From IMG/VR virus record IMGVR_UViG_3300007734_000761, positions 1 through 64,000 of that record: a stretch of DNA of 64,000 nucleotides; one strand, 5' to 3'. The position numbers were made by a program, and so were the translations under genes. Source of the DNA: a virus. Below the pieces are notes generated by a model. That model worked only from the letters and a program-made list of their open reading frames with translations. It was not told the origin of the DNA and searched no databases. Within the stretch, counting starts at the first letter, position 1, and each line of letters begins with the position of its first letter. Of the stretch, positions 1-9,864 are shown piece after piece.

Positions 1-3
1 CTG

Positions 4-309
4 TCATATTTCCATTGTTATTTTTTCCATACCATAATCACTACACTTCATTCCCCACTGTAAATTAGCCCACATCATTTCTTTTTCTGCCTTATATTTG
101 GGAATTTTAAGAACTTTACGTAAATGACTTACACCCCATTTTTTCCACTCTTCATTTTCAGCTGTAGTCATTTCCCACTGTTGATACCAGTTATCTTGTC
201 TACCTTTAATGTCGTCATAGGTAACATTATGACCTGCTATTTCAAACATTTTATTGATCAAATCAATAACTGCTTGTTCTTGTTTTTCTTCTTTACTTAG
301 TCTTTTCAT
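4..309 (-). CDS. hypothetical phage protein
   Basis: 101 aa ORF in a tightly packed minus-strand operon; no recognised motif. Confidence 0.7.
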   Translation of the reverse strand: MKRLSKEEKQEQAVIDLINKMFEIAGHNVTYDDIKGRQDNWYQQWEMTTAENEEWKKWGVSHLRKVLKIPKYKAEKEMMWANLQWGMKCSDYGMEKITMEI

Positions 310-598
310 TTAACAATTTAATCAGTTGTTGTTTAGCTCGTTCGGTTATTGTTCTATCATGTCCACCAATGTGCCATTCAATTACATCATCATTTGAATA
401 TTGTCTGTATTCTTTCCAATCATACACTGTAAACACATCACCATTTTCTAATTCCATTTCCCACTCATGTTGTACTTTATCATCTTTAATTCCATAATGC
501 ATTACACTACCTAATACTTCTTCCAATTGATTTACAGTTGCTTTAACTGTTGACATGTGAAAACTTGTTCCATTTAGTGATCTATTTGTTTGTTTCAT
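293..598 (-). CDS. hypothetical phage protein
   Basis: 101 aa ORF overlapping neighbours; FTVYDWKEY..EWHIGG segment. Confidence 0.75.
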   Translation of the reverse strand: MKQTNRSLNGTSFHMSTVKATVNQLEEVLGSVMHYGIKDDKVQHEWEMELENGDVFTVYDWKEYRQYSNDDVIEWHIGGHDRTITERAKQQLIKLLNEKTK

Positions 599-783
599 TT
601 TTCTAATGTTTCTTTTAAAAATGTTACTGCTAAATTAATTCTACTATTTAAAAAACCTACCTCAAAACTATAGTTTTCATCACCTGCTCCATACTTAATT
701 GCTGCTTCTTTAGCATCACGACAAGCAGTTTCAATTTCTTTTAATGCTAACTTGATGTATGTTTCTTGGTCTTTTTTTCTCAT
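595..783 (-). CDS. hypothetical protein
   Basis: 62 aa ORF with ATGA overlaps at both ends. Confidence 0.65.
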   Translation of the reverse strand: MRKKDQETYIKLALKEIETACRDAKEAAIKYGAGDENYSFEVGFLNSRINLAVTFLKETLEK

Positions 784-980
784 TGTTCTTTCTTATAAAT
801 ACGACAACATGCTTCACAACCAGCATCCATACCCAATTCATCAGCGTAGTTGAAACTTAGTGCTGGTGTTTTACACAAGTTACCTTTTCCTGACTTATAA
901 ATGTGAGCTGTGTTTGCATAAACATTACCTTTATTACCAAAAATTGTGTAACCTTTCTTCAAATCAAATTTCTTTATCAT
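780..980 (-). CDS. small Cys/His-rich putative Zn-binding protein
   Basis: H..C..CxxC pattern; AAAAGTTATG start context. Confidence 0.65.
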   Translation of the reverse strand: MIKKFDLKKGYTIFGNKGNVYANTAHIYKSGKGNLCKTPALSFNYADELGMDAGCEACCRIYKKEQ

Positions 981-985
981 AACTT

Positions 986-1159
986 TTATTTTTTATTTGC
1001 TTTATAGTTTAAAAATATCAATCCAAAACAAACTCCAATTACAAACCATAATCCAACTCCAAACCACAATCCATTTTTATTAAAATAATCAATACTAAAA
1101 CAAACCAATGCAATTGCTATACATTTGAGGTTAAATTTATGTTCATCACTTATTTTCAT
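986..1159 (-). CDS. small membrane protein (57 aa, not in ORF track)
   Basis: Manual translation MKISDEHKFNLKCIAIALVCFSIDYFNKNGLWFGVGLWFVIGVCFGLIFLNYKANKK; two hydrophobic segments; fills the gap. Confidence 0.65.
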   Translation of the reverse strand: MKISDEHKFNLKCIAIALVCFSIDYFNKNGLWFGVGLWFVIGVCFGLIFLNYKANKK

Positions 1160-1286
1160 AACTTTTACTTTGTTTTCTTGAGTATACTTTAGCTGATGGT
1201 TTTACTTTCTGTAACATACGTCTGCGAATTAACTGAGCCATGTGACGTTGTTCAGGTGTGTGTCGTTCATTCTGTGATTGTTTCAT
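1146..1286 (-). CDS. small basic protein (46 aa, not in ORF track), weakly ArfA-like
   Basis: Manual translation MKQSQNERHTPEQRHMAQLIRRRMLQKVKPSAKVYSRKQSKSYENK. Confidence 0.55.
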   Translation of the reverse strand: MKQSQNERHTPEQRHMAQLIRRRMLQKVKPSAKVYSRKQSKSYENK

Positions 1287-1548
1287 CTTCTACCTTTCGT
1301 TTTATTGAAGTTAATGCTTCTTGTAACTGACATTCAATTTCGAATTGTTTTTCATATTCCTTTTCACCTTTCATTCTATATGTCATTACATCTAAATAGT
1401 TTCTGTGGATACAGAAAAACTCATTATTAATAGTGAAGTCCATATTACCACTTTCACCATCAGTAAAATCAGCGTCGCCATATGTTTCATTAACGTATTT
1501 AATGAAATGTTTTAGGGTCAATTTGTTTTGTTTTGTCTTACTTATCAT
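1267..1548 (-). CDS. hypothetical protein (start revised from 1581 to 1548)
   Basis: The 11 extra N-terminal codons in the ORF track are the conserved class I promoter; ATG at 1548 directly follows it. Confidence 0.7.
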   Translation of the reverse strand: MISKTKQNKLTLKHFIKYVNETYGDADFTDGESGNMDFTINNEFFCIHRNYLDVMTYRMKGEKEYEKQFEIECQLQEALTSIKRKVEDETITE

Positions 1549-1582
1549 ACTATACCATACAAAGTAAAATTTAAAAGGCAAA
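1546..1582 (-). promoter_or_regulatory. class I (early) promoter, leaderless
   Basis: TTGCCT-N16-TATGGT-ATAGT-ATG; one of 9 near-identical copies. Confidence 0.8.
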
Positions 1583-2344
1583 ATATTTTTTAAGTTTCTC
1601 TTCAGCTTTAATTTTAGTCAAACGAACACTTTCTTTATGTATACCTAATTCGTCTGCTATTTCTTTAATGTCCCAATCTTTACCATCTAAACCATAATAC
1701 ATAGTAAGCACTTTATTTTCACGTTCACTTAATTTTGAAAACAACTTATCAATAAGATCCTTATTAGAAACTTCTAAGTCAGGAATCAAAGCATTAGTAT
1801 TTTTAATTACGTCAAGTAGAGTACTAGTTTCATCTTCACCACTAATTGATTGTTGTAGATCAATTGTATTAGGTAAGTTTGACATTTCACTGTCTAATTC
1901 ACCTTTACCATCATTCAATTTTTTAATTTGTCTGTGTAGTTCTTGAGCTATGTTAATTGGCAGTCGAATAGTTCTAGCGTTTTCATAAATACAAGCCAAA
2001 ATACCTTGTTTAATCCAATGGTAACTGTAAGTAGTAAATCTATTTCCACTTGACCAGTCAAAGTTTTCAATAGCATTGATTAGACCTAAATTACCTGCTT
2101 GAATTAAATCAACCATATCTACACCTGCAAATTGAAACTTATTTACTTCTTTAATTACATAGCGCAAATAACCCTTTACCATTTCATCTTTCAGTTGTTT
2201 CTTTTCATCATCAGTAGTAAGTGGATCTAACATTTTACTTACAATTTCCTTTTCACGTTTTGGGTTCATTTGAGGCATTTTAGTAAGCTCCTTACTGTAC
2301 AGTTTAAAACTGTCATCATTTATCATTAGTCTTTTCTTACTCAT
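1571..2344 (-). CDS. RNA polymerase sigma70-family factor (RpoD/RpoS-like)
   Basis: Region 2 DLIQAGNLGLINAIENFD..RFTTYSYHWIKQ, RTIRLP; region 4 LSERENKVL..EIADELGIHKESVR. Confidence 0.95.
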   Translation of the reverse strand: MSKKRLMINDDSFKLYSKELTKMPQMNPKREKEIVSKMLDPLTTDDEKKQLKDEMVKGYLRYVIKEVNKFQFAGVDMVDLIQAGNLGLINAIENFDWSSGNRFTTYSYHWIKQGILACIYENARTIRLPINIAQELHRQIKKLNDGKGELDSEMSNLPNTIDLQQSISGEDETSTLLDVIKNTNALIPDLEVSNKDLIDKLFSKLSERENKVLTMYYGLDGKDWDIKEIADELGIHKESVRLTKIKAEEKLKKYFAF

Positions 2345-2378
2345 ACTATACTATACAACTTAATTTTAAAAAGGCAAA
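2342..2378 (-). promoter_or_regulatory. class I (early) promoter, leaderless, driving the sigma factor
   Basis: TTGCCT-N16-TATAGT-ATAGT-ATG. Confidence 0.8.
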
Positions 2379-2391
2379 AAAATTTTTATAT

Positions 2392-2643
2392 TTAGATAAT
2401 TGTACTTTGACCAATTTCTTTATTTTGTTCTGTTCGTTCGTCAATTATGTCTTTTTCATTCCAATATTCATCAACATCACTAGACATAAGTTCTAACAGT
2501 TCTACATAATCACTAACTTTAACCCAACGTGTTCCATCAAACACATATTCATCATAGCTGGTTAATTCTTTATTGTTGATATTAGTTGTGCTGATCATAT
2601 TAACAATTGTTATAACCCCAAATAAAACAAAATATAAATGCAA
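2392..2643 (-). CDS. hypothetical protein (true start may be the downstream Met)
   Basis: 83 aa ORF overlapping the upstream gene. Confidence 0.55.
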   Translation of the reverse strand: MHLYFVLFGVITIVNMISTTNINNKELTSYDEYVFDGTRWVKVSDYVELLELMSSDVDEYWNEKDIIDERTEQNKEIGQSTII

Positions 2644-2791
2644 TTAATTGTAATACTACAACCCAAAATTCACTATGAAATAGACTATCACTACCTGACT
2701 TGACATCATAAATGTACCTGTCTTCTTCCCATGGTGCTTTGGTTATTTTTGTTTTACCTACTCTATATTGATTTCGTTTTGGTTTACTCAT
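2600..2791 (-). CDS. small membrane protein
   Basis: C-terminal hydrophobic helix FWVVVLQLIAFIFCFIWG. Confidence 0.6.
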   Translation of the reverse strand: MSKPKRNQYRVGKTKITKAPWEEDRYIYDVKSGSDSLFHSEFWVVVLQLIAFIFCFIWGYNNC

Positions 2792-3039
2792 AGTCTATTT
2801 GCTATTTTCTTAATTGTTTCTTCTTCTTCTAATGTTAAATAAACTCGTTTATTATACAACTTATCTAAGGCATTTTTATATTCTAAATCCATTAAATTGT
2901 CTTCACCAATTACACCAGATGAAGTTGAAATGTAACCTTTTTCATTTAACACTTCAATTAGTTCTTTAATTTCACTTTTAGAACATTCCCAAACATAGTC
3001 TGAAGGGTCAATGTCAACGTAATTTCTAAATTCAGGCAT
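2788..3039 (-). CDS. hypothetical protein
   Basis: 83 aa ORF, coupled to neighbours. Confidence 0.7.
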   Translation of the reverse strand: MPEFRNYVDIDPSDYVWECSKSEIKELIEVLNEKGYISTSSGVIGEDNLMDLEYKNALDKLYNKRVYLTLEEEETIKKIANRL

Positions 3040-3041
3040 AA

Positions 3042-3374
3042 TTAAATATTACTAGCAACGTTTTTACCTTTATCAGTCAACCTGTAAACATTTTCTCCAC
3101 TGTCCATATCAATATCACCTTGAAGCAAACCTTCATCTACTAAATGTTGTACATGTATTTTAGTTACAGTAGCCATCATACAATCAATAAATTGATCTTC
3201 AGTCAATGTTGGTTCATCAAATTCAATTATGTTTTCTTCTGCTTTAATAAGCAATTCTTCCATAAACGCTTCTCTTACTTCATCTTCATTTAACTGAAAT
3301 TCTTTAGCCATAGCATTAAAGTCAACTCCGTGTTCAATTTGTGTTCTGTAAATTTCTAGATCAATATTTTTCAT
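3042..3374 (-). CDS. putative winged-helix protein
   Basis: C-terminal LVDEGLL..VYRLTDKGK resembles a wHTH wing. Confidence 0.55.
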   Translation of the reverse strand: MKNIDLEIYRTQIEHGVDFNAMAKEFQLNEDEVREAFMEELLIKAEENIIEFDEPTLTEDQFIDCMMATVTKIHVQHLVDEGLLQGDIDMDSGENVYRLTDKGKNVASNI

Positions 3375-3397
3375 AACTGTTATTTTTTATCGCCACC

Positions 3398-3419
3398 AAA
3401 AGCCAGTACAAGACTGGCT
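3398..3419 (-). terminator. stem-loop, possible intrinsic terminator
   Basis: AGCCAGT-CTTGT-ACTGGCT followed by TTT on the minus strand. Confidence 0.45.
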
Positions 3420-3452
3420 AAGGTAGATAAAAAGATAAAAGTATGAAATATA

Positions 3453-3710
3453 TTATTCTACTTCCCCATCACCGTAGGGGTCGTGGTAATAATCAATATC
3501 GTCTAACTTAGTTGTACTCATGATAATATCATCTAAGCTATCTATAACATTAAGTAGTGGTTCATACACACTACTTTCTAATTCACTAGCAATACTATCA
3601 ACTAGGTTAGTATCACTCATTGATTCATCTAGTTCGCTTGATAAGCGTTTCAATTCAACTAATACGTCGTTCAAATGTTCTAAAATATCGTTTGTCATAA
3701 TGTTATTCAC
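3453..3710 (-). CDS. acidic hypothetical protein
   Basis: 85 aa, strongly D/E-rich. Confidence 0.6.
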   Translation of the reverse strand: MNNIMTNDILEHLNDVLVELKRLSSELDESMSDTNLVDSIASELESSVYEPLLNVIDSLDDIIMSTTKLDDIDYYHDPYGDGEVE

Positions 3711-3770
3711 TACCTAAAGCCCGTTACTTGTGGTAACGAGCTAGGTATATGAGACATCTGACTGCGATCT

Positions 3771-4946
3771 TTATTTCAAAATCAACTGACTTAATTCTTT
3801 ATCCATCAACATCATTTGGTACTTTTTGGTATTAGCATTGTAAATGCCTTTAACCATATTAAACATGATGTCTTTAGTAAATATGTCACTCTTAACAAGT
3901 GCTTTGATTCGTTCAATAGTAGTTTTTTCTACTTTACTATCAGTAGCGAATCGTTCAAGATAGTTAACTAAACGAGTTGAAATAGTAGCTGCAATGTCAG
4001 CTCGATACTTATCATCATCACCAATGATACTCTTAAGTGTACCCAAAACATACTTTTCATCTTGATCCATAATGTTTTGTGGTGAAATGATTTTGTCTAG
4101 TTTATTATTAATAAACATAGTAAACATAGAACTAAATTCACTACCAACTGAACCTTCACCAATCATCTGGATCAAAGGCAAGCTGTCTTCAAACGACTTA
4201 ATTGAACTAATTGAGTTAAAGAACATAACTGCACTACGGCTGTTTACTTCTTTGTTAATCAACTCTGGGTTCATCAACATAAAGTTAATACAACGACCAT
4301 CAATGTCATTATGTTCAGCCCATTTACCCCAACAATCCATGTCAAATTTCAAATTAACACTAATGAAACGGGTTTTCTGAGCATTATCAATACTATTAAC
4401 CAAATAATCACCATTATCAGGGTTAGCAGTCAAAATGATATGCCAATCTTTAGGCAATGTCCAGCTAATATATTGCTGACGATCAATCAACTCCATTACA
4501 GCTTGAATAAAACGACTATCAGCTCGGTTCCAGTCATCAAGCAACAACACACCACCATTTGATTTATTAGCAATCCATTCAGGTGGACAATAACTCATTC
4601 TGTTTTTACCTGTGGTTTTATAACCTTCAGTACGAACATCTTCAAGTGCTGATTCGTCTACATACTTAGTAGTTGCACCATCAGTAACTTCAAATTGACG
4701 AATTGGAAAACCAACCAAGTCACCAATCTCTTCGATTTGAGCTAGGTTCAATTTAACAAAATTCAAATTCAGTTCTTCAGCTAGTTGAACAATACTACTT
4801 GTTTTACCAATACCTGATTCACCAATAACTTCTACTGCTACAGGACCTTTACCATTTTCTTGCAAATGGCGATTGTTGCTAATGATGTGATTCAAAAAAT
4901 CTTTCAATTCATTAGGATTAATGGAAACTAAATCTTTTCTACTCAT
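3771..4946 (-). CDS. MoxR-like AAA+ ATPase
   Basis: Walker A GESGIGKT, Walker B LLLDDWNR, ILTANP sensor. Confidence 0.9.
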   Translation of the reverse strand: MSRKDLVSINPNELKDFLNHIISNNRHLQENGKGPVAVEVIGESGIGKTSSIVQLAEELNLNFVKLNLAQIEEIGDLVGFPIRQFEVTDGATTKYVDESALEDVRTEGYKTTGKNRMSYCPPEWIANKSNGGVLLLDDWNRADSRFIQAVMELIDRQQYISWTLPKDWHIILTANPDNGDYLVNSIDNAQKTRFISVNLKFDMDCWGKWAEHNDIDGRCINFMLMNPELINKEVNSRSAVMFFNSISSIKSFEDSLPLIQMIGEGSVGSEFSSMFTMFINNKLDKIISPQNIMDQDEKYVLGTLKSIIGDDDKYRADIAATISTRLVNYLERFATDSKVEKTTIERIKALVKSDIFTKDIMFNMVKGIYNANTKKYQMMLMDKELSQLILK

Positions 4947-4979
4947 AATTTATCTTTTTATCTTTTTATATTTCTTATT

Positions 4980-5015
4980 ATACTATACTATACAACTTAC
5001 CTTTTAAAAGGCAAA
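4980..5015 (-). promoter_or_regulatory. class I (early) promoter
   Basis: TTGCCT-N16-TATAGTATAGT. Confidence 0.8.
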
Positions 5016-5031
5016 AAAGTTTTTTAAAATT

Positions 5032-6027
5032 TTACTTGAAAATTACATCTACGATTTCAGTATTTTCTTGATTAGTCATTTTACTGAACTTAGCATTCAA
5101 GTTATCAACAATATATTTCTTAATACTAGCAGCATAATCAGTCTTACCAAACTTGTTCCACATACTCATACCATACACTTCCCAACCTTGATTCCACCTA
5201 ATTTTATTTACTTCTAAATATGTCAACAATGCTTTGAAGTTTTTACTTGTATATTGACTCATTGCATTAAATCTACTTGTGTGGGTGTAACAGTAATTCA
5301 TTAACAAACTAATTTTGAATACGTTTTCATCACTTAGATTTACGTTACTCAACATTTCAATTCCCAATTTGAATGTGTCTGTGTCTTTAGCCACCAACAT
5401 TCCTCTCAATGTTTCATAAATTTCATCATCTAAATCAATTCCATCTTTATTCATTGTTTGAGTCAAACAATCATCATAAACGATAGTTGCTTTACTACCA
5501 TCTAGACTCAAAATAAAATCAATAGATTCAACTATTTTAGTATTTCTATAACCATTGATTACTTGTCCTGTCAATGTAGTACATTTCTTTTCTAAATCAA
5601 AATACTCTTGATCATTACTATTTGATGATTTCAAATAAAATGTACGATCAGTAGATTTAATTTTTTTCATTTCATTAGCAGGAACAATTTGAAATGATTT
5701 AGTTTCAAGATTTTGTAAATACTTAATTGTGTCTCGTCGAACAAATACTATATCTGCTTTACTTAACAATGTGACTTTTTTGCAATTATTATCAGTCAAG
5801 AACTCTTTCAATTTAGTTCTAGGCACATCACTGTTTTTGTCAATCAACACATTTGTTTTAGGGTTGATTGTAGGCATTTTGTCTTTAATTTTACTAATAA
5901 TAGCATTCATTTTAGCTGTGTCTTTACTGTCAATAACTGTAGCAGCGTTCCATTGTTGGTCAAAGACTTGCCATTCAATTGTTCTCCAACCACCTCGACT
6001 CAATGGATAAATGTTTTGTGTTTTCAT
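5032..6027 (-). CDS. hypothetical protein; C-terminal helical domain paralogous to 19974..20468
   Basis: 331 aa; DDEIYETLRGMLVAKDTDTFKLGIEMLSNVNL aligns with DSESIQTLKSMILSKDKQASKMGIQMLKNCNL. Confidence 0.75.
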   Translation of the reverse strand: MKTQNIYPLSRGGWRTIEWQVFDQQWNAATVIDSKDTAKMNAIISKIKDKMPTINPKTNVLIDKNSDVPRTKLKEFLTDNNCKKVTLLSKADIVFVRRDTIKYLQNLETKSFQIVPANEMKKIKSTDRTFYLKSSNSNDQEYFDLEKKCTTLTGQVINGYRNTKIVESIDFILSLDGSKATIVYDDCLTQTMNKDGIDLDDEIYETLRGMLVAKDTDTFKLGIEMLSNVNLSDENVFKISLLMNYCYTHTSRFNAMSQYTSKNFKALLTYLEVNKIRWNQGWEVYGMSMWNKFGKTDYAASIKKYIVDNLNAKFSKMTNQENTEIVDVIFK

Positions 6028-6045
6028 AACTTTTATATCTTTTTT

Positions 6046-6081
6046 ATACTATACTATACAAATAAACTTTTTAAAGGCAAA
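6046..6081 (-). promoter_or_regulatory. class I (early) promoter
   Basis: TTGCCT-N16-TATAGTATAGT. Confidence 0.8.
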
Positions 6082-6086
6082 AAAAT

Positions 6087-6833
6087 TTAAAAATTCAAAT
6101 TGTAAATATCTAACATTGTACAGATTATTTTTGTAATGTTTTGTTGACTTGCTCTTGCACTTTGGCTAACTAAATTCCCTTCACTCAACAATTCAGCTGT
6201 AAATGTTCCAGTTTTATTTTTAACAAATTTAAATTCATCAATTAGTTTTTCATGTGTTCCAAATGTTTGAGTCCATTTGCTTGATTCTAATTTTAAATGT
6301 CCTTTATCTAATACATCTTCTATTTTAATAACATCTAATGTTCGTTTTGACTTATCAATTAAGTGATTAATTAATGAAATTTTAGCTTCTAATATTTCAT
6401 TTGAATGAAAACATTTGTGCATTTTATTAAACAAACCATTCATTAATTCTTGATCTGTTCTCATTTTAACAACAATGGCTAAAATCATTTGACTAAAAGC
6501 TACGTTTTTAATCAATCTTTCATCACTGACACTATCACTTAATCTAATATTACAGTCAATATTAGCCCACTCTTGTTTATCTTTAATTTGACTAAATGAA
6601 GCATTTGTTCCATAATAACCATTATCTGTAGTTTCAATATGAATACCCTTTTTATTAGACCAATTATTAGTTCTAAGTACAATGCCCTTTAGATCATAGT
6701 GATAACCTACTTGATCCATTATTTCACCTAATACAGCTTTGGCATTGTTTTGAATTGTTCTTTGACTATCTTTATGTTCTTGTTCAGTAGCTTCATATAA
6801 GTCATTCAAATTCTTTATTACATCTTCAATCAT
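6087..6833 (-). CDS. hypothetical protein
   Basis: 248 aa ORF with its own class I promoter. Confidence 0.75.
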   Translation of the reverse strand: MIEDVIKNLNDLYEATEQEHKDSQRTIQNNAKAVLGEIMDQVGYHYDLKGIVLRTNNWSNKKGIHIETTDNGYYGTNASFSQIKDKQEWANIDCNIRLSDSVSDERLIKNVAFSQMILAIVVKMRTDQELMNGLFNKMHKCFHSNEILEAKISLINHLIDKSKRTLDVIKIEDVLDKGHLKLESSKWTQTFGTHEKLIDEFKFVKNKTGTFTAELLSEGNLVSQSARASQQNITKIICTMLDIYNLNF

Positions 6834-6845
6834 AACCTTTTATTT

Positions 6846-6881
6846 ACACTATACCATACACTTTACCTTTTAAAAGGCAAA
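6846..6881 (-). promoter_or_regulatory. class I (early) promoter
   Basis: TTGCCT-N16-TATGGTATAGT. Confidence 0.8.
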
Positions 6882-6885
6882 AGAA

Positions 6886-7041
6886 TTAATCTTTTTCTCT
6901 TAAGATTTGATGCTCTAGTGTCAGGAGCATACATAAGCGTTGTATACTCCCTTGTGACACCATAGCAATAAACATAAGTTCTTCATCTGAAGCTTTATTG
7001 AACCATTCAATCAGTTCTCCGTTTCCTACTTTTAATTTCAT
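6886..7041 (-). CDS. small hypothetical protein (51 aa, not in ORF track)
   Basis: MKLKVGNGELIEWFNKASDEELMFIAMVSQGSIQRLCMLLTLEHQILREKD; ATGA overlap with the vWA gene stop. Confidence 0.6.
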   Translation of the reverse strand: MKLKVGNGELIEWFNKASDEELMFIAMVSQGSIQRLCMLLTLEHQILREKD

Positions 7042-8336
7042 CGTTTAATTTGTATTTGTGCTCCAGGTAATTCTGGATTGATTTGAGCTGTACTATTAAT
7101 AACCCAAAGAATTGGTACCATAGGTACTCGTTGTGGAGCAGGTGCATAACCATCAGTCAAGTAAATTAGGTTTTGATATTTACCTGGTGCTTTAAAAATT
7201 TCTTCCATTACTGGATCAAAACTTGTTCCACCACGACCACATACTCTCAATACATCTTGTTTATTACCTTCATATTCATATGTTCTGTGTACATAGCTAT
7301 CACATTCCATAATAGTAACACTAGTACCTGTCTTGTGAATACTATCAATTTCACTGAAGAATTCAAGTAAGTCTTGATCACTTACTGAACCTGATGTATC
7401 AATAGCAACTAGTGTACGACGTTTAGGTTTAATTTTGATAGCTGGACCTGAACCAAATCTGATGTTTGGTTTCTTTCTAGTTTTCTTAGTTTCAATTTTA
7501 GTACTTCTAGTACCAAAACGTCTCAAATATTGCTTCCAGTCAATAACTGCTTCATGTTTTTCAAATAATTTGTCAATGTAACTGCTCAATTCGCCAGGTA
7601 CAGTTCCTCTACTGCGTTGTGTTTGTTGAGCAGCTTCTTTCAATTGATGATCAATTTGTTTTTGAATCAATTTCTTTTCCGCTTCACTGAGATTCTCGAA
7701 TTCCTGCCACAATGTATGTTCGTCAGCACCTGCTCCAGCGTTGAACCATTCTGCAAATCCTTCACCAGATGAGCTACCGTTTCCTCCTTCATTACTAGTA
7801 CCATTATCCTCACCGTCTCCATCTCCATCATTGCCTTCACTATCATTTCCTGAATTTCCATTTTGATTTCCGTTCTGTTTATCATACTCGTCTAGTTCTT
7901 TTTGTAACATTTCATAGTACACTCTAGTACCGGCTTTCAATGGCAATTTCACACCTTTAAATTCACCATCAATAATATCTAATCCTTCCCAAGTAGCACC
8001 TTTCAACTCAGTTGAAATGTATTGATTAATTTCTAAGTCAGCAGCAACGTTCAACAGTCGCTTATTTTCAAACTGATCAAACATTCCTAAATGTTGCATT
8101 GCAATGTGTAACATTTCGTGTTTCAAAATAGCAACTCGTGTCATTGTATCTTGTTTTTCGAAATACTCAGGGTTAACAACCAACTTGAGGTTGATATTGT
8201 CTTTAGCAACACATGCTGTTTGAATACCTTTACTTAGTTCCTTATTAATACCGATTAGAAACAAACCATAAAATGGTTCTTTCAACATTAATGTTCTGCC
8301 CGCTTTGGCAACTTCTTGATAACTGTCTATGCTCAT
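7038..8336 (-). CDS. HEXXH metallopeptidase plus vWA domain protein (DUF2201-like), MoxR partner
   Basis: LKHEMLH motif, acidic G/N/D linker, MIDAS AIDTSGSVS, GRGGTSF, IYLTDG. Confidence 0.9.
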   Translation of the reverse strand: MSIDSYQEVAKAGRTLMLKEPFYGLFLIGINKELSKGIQTACVAKDNINLKLVVNPEYFEKQDTMTRVAILKHEMLHIAMQHLGMFDQFENKRLLNVAADLEINQYISTELKGATWEGLDIIDGEFKGVKLPLKAGTRVYYEMLQKELDEYDKQNGNQNGNSGNDSEGNDGDGDGEDNGTSNEGGNGSSSGEGFAEWFNAGAGADEHTLWQEFENLSEAEKKLIQKQIDHQLKEAAQQTQRSRGTVPGELSSYIDKLFEKHEAVIDWKQYLRRFGTRSTKIETKKTRKKPNIRFGSGPAIKIKPKRRTLVAIDTSGSVSDQDLLEFFSEIDSIHKTGTSVTIMECDSYVHRTYEYEGNKQDVLRVCGRGGTSFDPVMEEIFKAPGKYQNLIYLTDGYAPAPQRVPMVPILWVINSTAQINPELPGAQIQIKR

Positions 8337-8350
8337 AACTTATGTTTATT

Positions 8351-8386
8351 ATACTATACTATACACTTTTACTTTTTAAAGGCAAA
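8351..8386 (-). promoter_or_regulatory. class I (early) promoter
   Basis: TTGCCT-N16-TATAGTATAGT. Confidence 0.8.
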
Positions 8387-9135
8387 AGATTTTTTGAAAA
8401 AGTTTGATTTTCATAAATCAAATATTCAGGTTGCTTATTGTCTAACGTGTCAATAAAATAATACCGTCCACCAGTAGTTTTACCCTTAATGTCGATTTGA
8501 TTTTGTTGTGTATGACCTACTACCTGAATGATTTTTTTATTCAAAATACCTTTATTTGCTTTCATAAGTGAATTAGGCCGAATCCAAATAGGTGTTTGAT
8601 AAACGTCATCACCATATGGATTAGTTCCAAAAAATTCAAATATTTGTGGTTTGTACTGAAAATATCCATTTATTAAATCACAAACATCTTCCATTCGATC
8701 AATGCTCCAATTGTGTTCTGATTCGTCATTTTCTAAACCAAACACTTCTTTCAACCAAATGTAACTAATACCAGCATGACTACAAATAACATTGTCAAAC
8801 ATGTAACACATTTGAAAGTGAAGAATATTTTGACTAATTGCTTCTCGAAACTGATAAGCCATTGCTGCTTGATAACCACTATATCCAATTCCTGTAAATC
8901 CAGGCATGTAATGATAATCATGATTTCCAAACAACATAATTACATCTTGATTTGTTTCTTGTTTGAATTTGATAATTTCATTAAAATTATGTAGTTGTTC
9001 TACACCTTTAATGTCAAAGCTATCAAAATAGTCACCTAAAAACACAATTCGATGTGCATCTTGTTCTTGTTCAACAATTTGTTTCCAAGTATCTCGTCCG
9101 TGGATGTCTCCGCAAAAAATTATTATTGTTTTCAT
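8359..9135 (-). CDS. calcineurin-like metallophosphoesterase
   Basis: GDIHG, GDYFD, GNHD, SHAG, GHT motifs. Confidence 0.92.
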   Translation of the reverse strand: MKTIIIFCGDIHGRDTWKQIVEQEQDAHRIVFLGDYFDSFDIKGVEQLHNFNEIIKFKQETNQDVIMLFGNHDYHYMPGFTGIGYSGYQAAMAYQFREAISQNILHFQMCYMFDNVICSHAGISYIWLKEVFGLENDESEHNWSIDRMEDVCDLINGYFQYKPQIFEFFGTNPYGDDVYQTPIWIRPNSLMKANKGILNKKIIQVVGHTQQNQIDIKGKTTGGRYYFIDTLDNKQPEYLIYENQTFSKNLLPLKSKSV

Positions 9136-9169
9136 ACTATACTATACAAATTAATTTTTAAAAGGCAAA
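9133..9169 (-). promoter_or_regulatory. class I (early) promoter, leaderless
   Basis: TTGCCT-N16-TATAGT-ATAGT-ATG. Confidence 0.8.
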
Positions 9170-9798
9170 ACTTTATCTTTAAATTCTTCTTTAATGTAAT
9201 CTATAACAATTTGATAATATTCTTTATCTATTTTATTGCTATAAAAATTTTTTTTACTTTTATTTTCTATTTCATTTAAAGGATGTAAATTTCTTAAATC
9301 ATTAACAATATGGGGTGGTGTTTCATTATTAAACCATGTTATTGGTATTTTATGGTCTATATGGTCGGTTTCCCAGTTCATATTCTGCTTGTCTAAATGT
9401 TCTTTTAACTCTAAAGCTGAGTATTTTAATAAATCATGTGTTGATGCTTCTTTAGCTTTACCTAAACGTTTAACAGAATCCCACAATAAATCTCTCCATT
9501 TATACAGATGTGGATTTTGTTTTTTGTTTTTTATATGGTATAGTTTCATGTATGTTTTAAAATACTCACTATTTTTCTCCTTCCATTTATATCCTCTTTG
9601 TTTATGAATATCTGTATTGTTTTGATAATGGTTTTGGTGGTATTTGTTTATTTTATCTTTAAAAAGCAAATGATATTCATTTACACATTGTTTACATTTA
9701 GTTTGCAACCCATCACTATTAGCTTTACATTTACTAAATTCAGTTGTTGGTTTTGTCTGTTTACATTTACCACAGACCTTAGTCATATTTATACACAT
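9151..9798 (-). mobile_element. free-standing HNH homing endonuclease with N-terminal Zn ribbon
   Basis: CGKC..CKQC; HIDHKIP..NLHPL..EN..KKN; preceded by the late motif ATATTTAT although it lies in the early region. Confidence 0.85.
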
Positions 9799-9864
9799 AT
9801 TTAATTATTTTAGTCGATAATAAATATGTAATTGGGGGTGTTTTAACGCTCCCTTTTATTGTTT

